DNA of 64,000 nucleotides from Hydrolagus colliei (lineage: Eukaryota), in assembly GCA_035084275.1 (NCBI GenBank), contig CM068745.1, positions 61,256,001 through 61,320,000 of the forward strand, given 5' to 3'. Under the pieces are notes generated by a model. It was not told the DNA's origin, searched no databases, and saw nothing but the letters and a program-made list of their open reading frames with translations. Position 1 is the stretch's first letter. Every line of letters starts with the position of its first letter. Both the position numbers and the translations under genes were made by a program. Positions 23,590 to 34,589 of the stretch are shown in pieces.

Positions 23590-25880
23590 TCTGGGGCAAA
23601 GTGATCATAATATGATGGAATTTAGCATTAAGTTAGAGAGGGAAGTAGTTAAGTCTGAAGCAAAGGTCTTTATTTTAAATAGAGCTAACTTTGCTGGTAT
23701 GAGAGAGGATTTAGCCAGAATAAACTGGGAAATTAAATTTAAGGATTTGACAATAGACCAACAATGGCAAACAATGCAAAATTCCCAGCAAGCATGTATT
23801 CCTTTGAGGAATAAGAATGCCATGGGAAAGGTGGTCCAGCCGTGGCTAACTAGAGCAATTAGGGAAAGTATAAAGTCAAAAGAAGAAGCCTATAAAACAG
23901 CTAAGTAAACCCGAGGATTGGGAGAACTTTAGGGAACAACAAAGGAGAACCAAAAAATTGATCAAAAGGGAGAAAATAGAATATGAGGGAAAAATAGCGA
24001 GGAACATAAAAACAGAACTGCAAGAGTTTTTATAAGTATATAAAAAGGAAAAGGGTGAATGTGGGTCCATTACAGGCAGAGACAGGGGGAATTATAATAG
24101 GGGACAAAGACATGGCAAAGTCATTAAACAAGTATTTTTCTACAGTCTTCACCATAGAAGACACTGGAAACATACCAAAAATAGAGGAGAACCAAGAAGA
24201 CAATGTTAGCGAGCAACTTAGGGAGATTAATATTAGTGAAGAAATGGTTTTAAGTAAATTGTCAGGTCTTAAAACCGATAAATCCCCTGGACCGGATGTC
24301 CTGCATCCTAGAGTTTTAAAGGAGGTGGCTACTAAAATAGTGGATGGCTTGTCTATGATCTTCCAAAATTCTGTGGATACTGGAAAAGTCCCCATTGATT
24401 GGAAGAATGCAAACGTAACTCCACTATTTAAGAAGGGTGGGAGAGAAAATTTGGGGGAACTATAGACCAGTTACTCTGACATCAGTGGTAGGGAAAATTC
24501 ATGAGTCCTTAATTAAAGAAGTAGTTATGGGATACCTGGAAAACCACAAAAATATTAGGCAGAGCCAACATGGCTTCACAAAGGGGAAGTCATGCTTGAC
24601 TAATCTTTTAAAGTTTTTTGAGGATGTATCCAGCAGTTTGGATAGAGGGGAACCAGTAGATGTGGTATATTTAGATTTTAAGAAGGCATTTGATAAAGTG
24701 CCACACAAAAGGCTATTGCACAAGATCAAGGCCCACGGGATTAATGGGAACATATTAACATGGATAGATGAGTGGCTAACTGGTAGAAAACAGAGAGTAG
24801 GGATAAACGGGTCATTCTCGAATTGGCAGTATGTAACTAGTGGAGTGCCACAAGGAGTGCATCAATGCTTGGGCCTCAGCTATTTACAATTTACATCGAT
24901 GATCTAGACGATGACATTGAATGTAACGTGTCTAAATTCGCGGATGACACTAAACTAGGTAGGAGAGTGAGCTCTGAAGATGATGCAAAAAGATTGCAAC
25001 AAGATGTAGATAGGCAAGGGGAGTGGGCAGGTAGGTGGCAGATGGAATTTAATGTGGGGAAGTCTGAAATTAGTCACCTAGGTAACAAAAATAATAAAAA
25101 AGATTATTTTCTAGAGGGTGAGAGGTTAGATAGCGTTAGTGTTCAAAGGGATTTGGGTGTCCTTGTACACCAATCTCAAAAAGTTAGTTTGCAGGTGCAG
25201 CAAGCAACTAAGAACGCAAACAGCATGCTTGCATTCATTTCAAAAGGTATAGAGTACAAGAGTAGGGAAGTCTTGCTGCAACTGTATAGGGCTCTGGTGA
25301 GACCGCACCTAGAGTATTGTGTGCAGTTTTGGTCTCCTTATTTAAAACAGGACATACTTGCCTTAGAGGGGTTGCAGCATAGATTCACTAGGTTAGTTCC
25401 TGGGATGAGGGGACTGACCTATGAGGATAGGTTGAAAAAAATAGGGCTGTATTCTCTAGAGTACAGAAGAATTAGGGGGGATCTTATTGAAACCTATAAG
25501 ATACTTAAAGGGATGGATAAAGTAGACACTGAGGGACTGTTTCCCCTGATAGGAGAATCTATAACTAGGGGTCACAGTCTTAAAATTAAGGGTCAGCCTT
25601 TTAAAACGGAGTTGAGGAAACATTTCTTCACTCAGAGGGTAGTGAATTTATGGAATTTATGGAATTCACTACCCCAGAAGGCTGTGGATGCTCAGTCCCT
25701 GATCATTTTCAAGGCTAAAACTCATAGATTTTTTTTAAAATAGAGGGATTAGGGGATATGGGGATGGAGCAGGTAATTAGAGTTAGGTCAGAAGATCAGC
25801 AATGATCTTATTGAATGGCGGGTCAGGCTCGAAGGGCCAAATGGCCTACTCCTGCTCTTAATTCTTATGGTCTTATGATC
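23590..25880 (+). mobile_element. 5'-truncated CR1 LINE (ORF2 RT, frameshifted)
   Basis: ORFs 23612, 24055, 24437 and 24865 give KSPGPD, NYRPVTLTS, DFKKAFDKVPH, KFADDTKLG, RPHLEYCVQFWSP; tail of TCTTATG-like repeats. Confidence 0.95.
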
Positions 25881-25920
25881 TTATCCACAACTGTTTGTGG
25901 GATACTGCTGTGCACAATTG

Positions 25921-26891
25921 ATTAAGGACGCTTCAATTAAGGATGCTTCTATTTAGGACATTTCGATTGAACAAACTTAAGTTTTTTAACACCTTTTTAT
26001 CGATATAGGACACTTGGTTTCGTTTTAATGAACAAAATTTTATTTTGCAAATGCGCAGTACATATTTTGAATATCGCAGTCGTTTTTGTCGTGTCCTTTT
26101 TGTCCATACGCACAGTCCATAATGTATTCGTGGATAAATCGCGTTCGCACCTGATATAGTGTATCCAAGCGTTTGAACTGGCCAATAGCATGTCACCACG
26201 TCATTGTTTAAAAGCCAGCTGAGTTTGAAACGACACCATACCACGTCAGTATTACAGCAATTTCCAAACATTCCCAAGCAACTTTGGGCGATTTACAGCC
26301 TCTACCGCACTTCTAGCAAGTCAGGAAAAGACAGTGAAATGAGCAGCGGTAATACCGCTAGCGGCCAGAAACCCCGCAAAGTCATCACTTTAAATACTAA
26401 ATTGTAGGTGATAAAGCGCATCGAGTCTGGCAAAAAAGGTACGGATATTGGGAGGGCTTTGGGGCTAGCCAGATCGATGGTGGCTACTATAAAACAGAAT
26501 AAGGACAATATACTGGTAAGTTCAATATGTGTTACAGCTACAGGTGCAAGCAGGTTATCAAAACATAGGACTGTATTAAGTTTGCCAGTATTAAACAACA
26601 ACAACTTCGATTTATATAGCGCCCTCCATGCCGGACGGCGTCTCAGAGTACTTCACTAGTGCTCATATATTAAAGTACAATACTGTACAGTTAGCCCAAG
26701 TACCCCTTCTTGCCTATGTGTGTTATTTTGTGTGTTATTTAATGGGTTTAAGGTCTGAAAATGTTGTGAAATGAACGCATCTTAGGTTATATAATGGGAC
26801 TGCATGGGAAACCGCGTTTCGATTAAGGACGTTTCTATCTGAGAACCGTTTTTCAGGAACGCAGCTCCGTCCTAAATAAAGGTTTTCCTGT
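25921..26891 (+). mobile_element. Tigger-like element with HTH-psq remnant, nested in a SINE
   Basis: RKVITLNTKL*VIKRIESGKKGTDIGRALGLARSMVATIKQNKDNIL at about 26375-26515 is a CENP-B/Tigger N-terminal HTH; right end ..CCTAAATAAAGGTTTTCCTG; SINE core resumes at 26892. Confidence 0.8.
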
Positions 26892-27149
26892 GCCTTGTTT
26901 TGCCCACAATATATACAGTCAATTAACTTTACAGTAGATTTGGTGAAGCACTTTGAGATATCTTGAAGATGCGTTTTTTTTATTTTTGGTCATCTTGATA
27001 TTTTACATATATGGAAACCTATCATGTTTAAGAGTATCCAAATCAGAGTTCCACATATGAATGTCACCTACAAATGGAAAATTCAGCATGCACAGAATAA
27101 CTTAATTTCCTGTGATTTAATGTGAATCCATTGCTTGTTGGCAAGTGCA

Positions 27150-27262
27150 CATCAATCAATTGATCAATCGATCGATTAATCGATCCATCGATCAATCAAT
27201 TGATCAATCGATGGATCAATTGATCGATCCATCGATCAATCAGTCAATCAATCAATCAATCA
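27150..27262. repeat. degenerate (ATCN)n microsatellite at an L2 tail
   Basis: ATCA/ATCG/ATTG/ATCC units adjoining a minus-strand L2 3' end. Confidence 0.85.
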
Positions 27263-27994
27263 AAATTATATTTATATAGCACCTTTCACGTCGTGAGGAC
27301 GTCCCAAGGCGCTGAACAGTCAGATAGGGACCAGAGCAGGGGGGAGGGATTGGGGTAGGGTTAATTGAGAGTAGGAAAATTGACTGTCTAATAGTGGGCG
27401 AAATGCGGCATCCAAATTGCGCACAACAGTGTCCCACAAACAGTCATGGAAGTGGGGTTAGGGGAGAAAGGGGGTAAGAGGGAAGGGGAGGGGCAGGGGA
27501 GGGGGAAGGAGAGCAGGAATACCGACTTTATATTTGTGGGCGAAACATGTGGCAACAGTTCAAGACGCATTAAATCATGGGAAACATAGTCTTGACTTGT
27601 ATAGCTGGAAGATAAAGCAGACTATGGAGGCGAGGTCAGAGTACGAGTGGGAGGGAGAGTTCAAGTGCCAAGAAACCAGAAGCTCAGGGTTGTGCGACCA
27701 GTCTGTGTTTGGTCACCCAAATACAGAGAGTCCACACCATGAGCAGTGAACGCAGTCCACAGTACTGTACTACATGGGGAGTAGTAAATGGACATATCTG
27801 CTTCAGTTGACCCTGGACAGTGGTCTGGAAGGAGGTGAAAGGCTTGCGCTGGGATGGGAGCGTGCGGAGGGAAGGAGAGAAACTGTTGGTGGTGATGGAG
27901 GAATGGTCCCCTCGGGGGAGGGGGGTGGGGGGGAGTAGGCACAAAAGATCCTATTGATATTCTTTGAAAAGTGAATGGAGTTTTCTTTTCAAAG

Positions 27995-28340
27995 AATGGA
28001 GTTCTGCAACATATTGGTTGGAGCACTTGCCTTGCAAGTGAGAAGATACGGAATTGATTCCCGAGTAGAGTAAAACGTTAGGCAAGTTTCCTTACTCCAC
28101 ATACTTCTATTTAACTACAGTAATGAGGAACCAGATTGTTAATAAATTCCAGCTCGCTATTTTGGGGATAATAATTCCCTCCAAAAATAAGTGAATAAAT
28201 AATCATTTGTCACTCAATCCACAAGTGTCAGTGGGATATTGCTGTGCACAATTGGCTGCCCCTTCACTTTGCACTACATTCTGTGATGTGCTATGAGACA
28301 TCTTGAAGATGCTATATTAAATGCAAGGATTATTATTAAT
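27995..28340 (+). mobile_element. Deu-domain-like SINE
   Basis: Head remnant, GGCAAGTTTCCTTACTCCAC, core GGGATATTGCTGTGCACAATTGGCTGCC, tail AAATGCAAGGATTATTATT. Confidence 0.7.
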
Positions 28341-28959
28341 ACTGTATTTATATCAAATTCAACAAATGATTAGTTTCTGCTAGTGTTTTAGCCAACATTT
28401 GCCCAGATAGAACTGATCAATCACCCCATGGCTAATTGTGTGATTTTGCCATATTTACCTATAAAATAATCATCTTACGCTTAATAGTAATTATGTGTGG
28501 GAAGATTTTTTTTAATCCAAACATTTGCATGTGTGAATAGCCACCTGATAATTTAGTTTACAATTTTATAAGACACATGAAAACTTGCCTTTGACTATCA
28601 ATGATTCCTTCCTTACATTATGAAATAAAAATTGGTCATTGACCAGGCAGCATAAAAAAAACTACCTTCAGCGTCAAGTCTTCAATTTTGATTCACAGAT
28701 TACAGTCAATACACTTTACAATAATATTCTGCGAGTTCATTGAGATATCCTTCTGATGTGAAATAAAATGTATGAAGTGCAAGGATTGTTAGTAGAATCA
28801 TAGAATCTTACAACACAGAAGGAGGCCATTCTGGCCATCGTGCTAGCTCTTTGAAAGAGCTATCAAATTAGTCCTGGTCTTACCCCACAGCCCTGCTTAA
28901 TTAGGTGTTAATTGCTGCTGACCAATCTGAAACGGGTTGCATCAGTGGGGTATGAAAAG

Positions 28960-30552
28960 AGGTATACTGTTTACAATAAAATAAGGAACCTGGCTGCGTA
29001 GCTGAGAACTGTGGCAGCTCTGTGTGTTATGTGGGAACTCCAGGATGCTTTGTGCAACCTGGACAACCATATGTGCAGGAAGTGCCTCCAGCTGTTTGAG
29101 CTTGAGCTCCAGGTTTCTGTGCTGGCAGAGAGACTGGAGTCACTGCATCGTATACGAGAGGCTGAGGATTTCATTGACCAAACATTTCTGGAGGTGGCCA
29201 CCCCACAGCCACTGAGGGTTCAGAAGGTGAGTGACTGGGTGACAATCCGGCATGATAGAAAGAGGGGATAGGCAGTGAAGAAATCCCCTGAAAGCGTGGC
29301 ACTTGAAAACTGGTACTCTGTACTGAGTACTGATGAGGGTGTTGATACCTCAGGGGAGAGTAGTAAACTGCAAGTGGACGCACAGGGCAACATAGGGAAG
29401 AGTGTAAATGCAATTATCATAGAGGATACAACAGTCCAAGGTATCGATAGGTGCTTCTGTAACTGAAGATGTGAGTCTTGGATGGTATGTTGCCTCCCTG
29501 GTGCCAGGGTTGAAGACATCACTGAATGGGTGGATAAGATTCTGCAGGGGGAAGGGGAACATCCAGAAGTCGTGGTCCATGTTGGGATCCATGATGTCGG
29601 GAGGAAGAGGGCTGAGAAGCTACAGATAGAGTATCAGAAGCTGGGGAAAAAACTAAAGAGTGGAACCTCGAAGGTGATATCTCTGGACTAATCCCGGTTC
29701 CTCGTGCAAGTGAGTTTCAAAATGATAGGATCAAGCACATGAATGCATGGCTGGAGAAGCGGTGTAGAAAGCAGGGCTGCAGGTTCCTGGATCAATGGGA
29801 CCAGTTCTGGGGCAGGTGGAACGTGTGCAAGATGGATGGGTTGCACCTAAACAGGGCTGGGACCAATATCCTTGCAGGGAGGTTATCTAATGCTGTAGGG
29901 GGGGTTTAAACTAATTTTGAGGGGGGGTGGGAATGCACAAAGTAGGAGTCCGGAAAAGGGAGGGATAAGACAGGGGAAAAATACAGAACAGGTGAAGTCT
30001 GTCTTGGAGTGCATGTGTGTCAATGTGCGGAATTTGTCAAATAAAATTGGTGAGCTGCAGGCTCAAGTTGCTGCAAGTAGATATGATGTAGTAGCAGTAA
30101 CAGAGACTTGGCTCAAGCAGGGGCAGGAATGGGAACTGAACATTCCTGGCTATAATATATTCAGGAGGGATAGAGAAGGAAAAAAAGGAGGGGGAGTGGC
30201 AATATTAATTAAAGACACGGTTACAGACTTAGAAAGGACCGAGGTGCCAGAAGGCCTAAAAACAGAATATATCTGGTTAGAGTTAAGGAACAAAAAAGGA
30301 GCTGTTATGCTTTTAGAAGTATACTATAGACCACCAAATAATGGGAAGGAGATAGAAGAGTAAATCTGCACGCAGATTTCAGAAAGATGCAAAGCCAATA
30401 GAGATGTGATAATGGGGGATTTCAATTGTCCCAACATAGACTGGCAAAATAACGGTGTAAAGGCCAAGGAGGGAAAAGGATTCCTGAAATGTGTACAGGA
30501 CAACTTTCTTGATTAGTATGTTTCCAGTCCAACGAGGAAGGAAACAGTCCTG
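28960..30552 (+). mobile_element. CR1 LINE 5' part (ORF1 zinc finger/esterase and ORF2 endonuclease), 3' half missing
   Basis: LCVMWE..CRKC (ORF1), VCCLPGARV..VVVHVG (SGNH-like), CVNVRNLSNKIGEL..YDVVAVTETWL..YYRPP..MGDFN (APE endonuclease). Confidence 0.9.
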
Positions 30553-30638
30553 ATGAAGGATTGTAGACCCGAAATGTCAACTCTTTTTCCTTTCTCCATG
30601 GATGCTGTTTGACCTGCTGAGTTTCCCCAGCAACTTTT
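30553..30638 (+). mobile_element. short elasmobranch HE1/HER1-like retroelement tail
   Basis: ATGAAGG..GACCCGAAATGTCAAC..ATGCTGTTTGACCTGCTGAGTTTCCCCAGC resembles that family from memory; a reverse copy lies at about 62830-62935. Confidence 0.4.
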
Positions 30639-31269
30639 CATAGAATCATAGAATATTACGGCACAGAAGGAGGCCATTTGGCCCATCGAGTCTGTGCCAG
30701 CTCTTTGACCAAGGCTCACAGCGCCTTGGGACGTCCTCCCGACGTGAAAGGCGCTTTATAAGTTTAAATTGTTGTTGTTGTTGTTGTTGTTGTTGACCGG
30801 GGGAGGAAAGGAATACCAAACACAAAGCTTCTCTCTCTCTCGTACATTTCACTTGGTTGTCCCCAATCTGCTGTATGTTCTGTCAACTTAGAGCTACACC
30901 AAAGGTCTCTGTTTGCTGAGATTTCAGGCTGCGGAGCAAAGTTCTGAAACAGACTGTATATATTTTCACTGAGGAGAAGCCAAGCCTGATGTACAGCACT
31001 GGAGGCTTTGCCAGACTGGTCACGGTAGAAGGACAGGCTGAGTGTTGGTATATGTTTTAATATAATGCCCGTCAGTTCATGCTCAGTTAGTAACCAATGT
31101 GCTCCAATCCATCCACCCAGTCTGGTATCATCAGAGATAGAATTGCTCTAAAACCCATTGCCTTCTCTTTCCCACATCGTGCCTGTGCTGCTGATCCACC
31201 CCTACTGGAGTTTGCTATTTTAATTTCATTGCACCATGTGGTGGTGCTAGGTGCCTCACTATGGACGAA

Positions 31270-31815
31270 TAGTGGAGTCCTGTAGCTCAGTGGCTGGAGT
31301 ATTTGCCTTACAAGCGAGAGACCTGGTTCAATTCCTGGCAGGGTGAAACCTTGGGCAAGTAAAAAAAAAGTGTAAAGGTATGGAAGGACGCTCGGCATGC
31401 AACCAAAGTGCATGCGGAAATGTATGTAAAATAGACATGTGCATGTATGGTGCATAGCGGGGCGCCTTCGGAAGTGGTAGGTGACCTTTTCAGGGTGTGC
31501 ACAGGCACGCGCATGGTTGTGGTGCACACAGGGCCAACTTCCGACTGTTTAAAGCGAGCGTAACTGAAACAAATGTGTGTGATTTTTTTTCTATTTGGCT
31601 TTGGATTCATATCATAAATATATTTATAATAAATCTACATTTTTGAAACAAATGTGTCCTTACTCCACATGCCTGATAATATTCCCTCAAAAACAAATTG
31701 GTCATTTCAATCTACAACTGTTTCTGGGACACGGCTGTGCGCAATTGGCTAACATGTTTCTCCTACAATAAACAGTCAAAATATACAGCCAATTCACTTT
31801 ACAGTATATTCTTTG
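31270..31815 (+). mobile_element. Deu-domain-like SINE with an internal insertion
   Basis: Well-preserved head GGAGTCCTGTAGCTCAGTGG..GGTTCAATTCC; body split between GGCAAGT (31360) and CCTTACTCCAC (31657). Confidence 0.75.
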
Positions 31816-34589
31816 TCTTTTACTTACAGTCACATGAAATCAGAGGTTAAAAAGTTAAGATTAATAATAATGTGCTTTCTAAAATTGATTTAAAACTGTT
31901 GCAAACAAATAAAAACTAGCAATGTGACCCAATGAAGAGTATTCTAATTTTAATTTTTCGCTTGGTTCAAGAATGTTTCACCTGCATTTTAGTATCCATC
32001 TCCAATCCATCTTTTACTACCTTTGGTTTTATTCGGTTCTCGCTACATATTAACTAGTCCTGTAATCTTGACATTACTTTGAGACATCTTAATGGCATGA
32101 TAACTTCTCTACATCAAACACAAGGATTATTATTATTATTTATCTATGTATAAACACTTGACAAACATGGTGTATATTGAACGAGAGAAGGAATTTTAAC
32201 ATGTTGATTAAAGGCACTGTCAAAGAATAAGGGAAAACAGAACAAAAACGTCCCAAAACATATGAGTTCAATGTAACAACTGTATGTGTTTTTAATGGTT
32301 CAAATCCATAATCCATTGTTTTAATTCCTGCGTTAGCAAGCACACTGGACAGAACAAGAAAAGTTGTTTCGAAAATGGTTTGCTGAACGCTTTCATTTTA
32401 GATTTCAATCTGCCACTTGGTGGTACAAAAATTACATCACAGTGAACCACAAGCCCTTTTAAGTTTTTTGCACTACAGCGAGTGAAATTCCACCTACATC
32501 TAGATTTACTCTATTTATGGAGTCATAATTTGGCTTTTTTTTACAAAAAATTCAGTCTGAACTTTGAAGCAAGTTTTCTGTATTTACAGAATATCAGCTT
32601 CAAAATTAAAATGAATTTTGAAAATTCCAAAATGTTACATAAATCATGTAAATCCAGATCCAGGTGGAATTTCCCTGCACACTAACATTCAGTAATAAAT
32701 GAATTTAGATATAGTAACTAATGATATATTTGATGAAGAGTGTTACCACAAAGTCAAATTGCCCATAAATCAGTCATATAGATAATCATAATAATAATAA
32801 CAGCAACAAAATTACATTTGTATAAGGCCTTTCATGTTGGGAGGATGTCCCAAGGTGCTGGACAGTCAATGTTAGGAGCTAGAATTAAGAGGGGTGGAGA
32901 GCAAGAGCTTGGGGTTGGAGGATGACCAAAGGCAAGGCTTTGAGACAAGCTTTGAAGGAGGCAAGGGAGGGGTGAGACTAAGGGATTCCGGATGCAGCTT
33001 CAGAGGGTGGGGCAGAAAGGCTGAAGGCCGACCACTGATGGTGGGCTTCTATATGCTCAAACAGAATACAAATCAAACAATGAGACAATTTGATAAATAG
33101 TGCAATGCTATTAAGAGTACTGTATTGCCTTCATCAGAACTGGTGCATGTTTGGAGGGAGAGGCTTTTTGGGGACTGAAAGAGAGGAAGCAGTGCAAGGA
33201 AAACAAAGGAGAAAATGGGGTAGAGGACAGGAGGTGATTGATTGACAAGGTGTTAATGTTGTGAAATGAAAGGGGAATGGATTGCAACAAAACTGGAGAG
33301 AAGAGGTGATAATAACAATGAACAAAGGGTGGGGTGAAATTACAAAAGAACAGGCAGACCAGATTGTCACAGAAGAGAGGGAGTGGGAAGGTGAGCTGTT
33401 ATGCCCTGAAATTATTGAAATCAATATTAAGGTCAGAGGGCTGTAAATTCCCTCGCAGACAGCAGGCATTTATGGAGTTTGTTCACACAGCATGTTTACA
33501 TCCTAAATTAATCTCCAAATATTCTCTCTGGAAATTTAAGAATGTCAACAGCAGTTTACTCTTGACTGAGTTGAGACAACTAATCCCTCACACCCTCAAA
33601 ACAACAATAATAAATTGGTCATTTCAATCCATTGCAATTTGTGGGACACTGCTGTGCAAAATTAGCTGCTGCATTTCATCCACAAAATATACAGTCAATT
33701 GACGTTACAGTATATTCTGTGAAGTGCTTTGAGATGTCTAGAAGACGTGAAAAGCTCTATATCAAATGCAAGGATTATTATTATTGTAGAATTATACAGC
33801 ATAGAAGAAGGCCATCGTGTCTATGCCAATTCTTTGAAAAGATCTGTCCAAATCAATCCCACTCCACCGCGCTCTCCCCATAGCCCTTCAAAACCTGTCC
33901 CCTTCAAATAATTATCTACTTCTCCTGTTATCGAATTGGCTTCCACCACCTTTTCAGGCAATGTATTCCAGATCGGAACAACTCGCTGCGTAACAAAAAT
34001 TCTCTTCACCACCCCTTTGATTCCTTTAACAACTTTTTAAATCGGTATCCTCAGGTTATTGACCCATTCAATATTGGAAATTGTGTCTCATTGTTCACAC
34101 TATTGAATACCCTCAAAATTTTGAAAACTTCTATTAATTCTCCTCTCAACCCTCTCAGCTCCAGGAAGAATAATCCTAGCTTCTCAAGCCTCTCCTGATA
34201 ACATAGTCCCTCATTCCTGGTACCATCCTGGTAAATCTCCTTTGCACCCTATCCAATGCTTTGACATCCTTCATTAAGTGTAGTACACAGAACTTAGAAT
34301 ACTCCAACTGAGGCCTAACTAGCAATATTCCACAAACAGCTATGGAGTGCGTGACCAATTTTATTTGGGGGATTTGTTGGTGAGGATCCCAGGAGAAACT
34401 CCCTTATCTTTTAGATAGTGCTAAGGGATCTTTAACATCCAGCTAAACAGGCAAATGGGACCCCATTTTCAAATCTAATTTGAAGGACAGCACCTTCTAT
34501 AATGCACCCCACCCCACCCCAGACTAGCACTGCATTGGAGTGCCAGTTTAGATGATGTGATTCCAAGTCCTGACATAAGAACATAAGAA

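Noticed and set aside
23590-30552. CR1 3' half (23590) and CR1 5' half (28960) look like swapped halves of one element
   Set aside because: The endonuclease end of the 28960 piece differs strongly from the same region of the 34590-37540 copy, which is the subfamily of the 23590 piece; they are independent insertions.
31270-31345. tRNA-like sequence with A and B boxes
   Set aside because: It is the head of a multi-copy SINE and continues into the SINE body; no cloverleaf acceptor stem evident.
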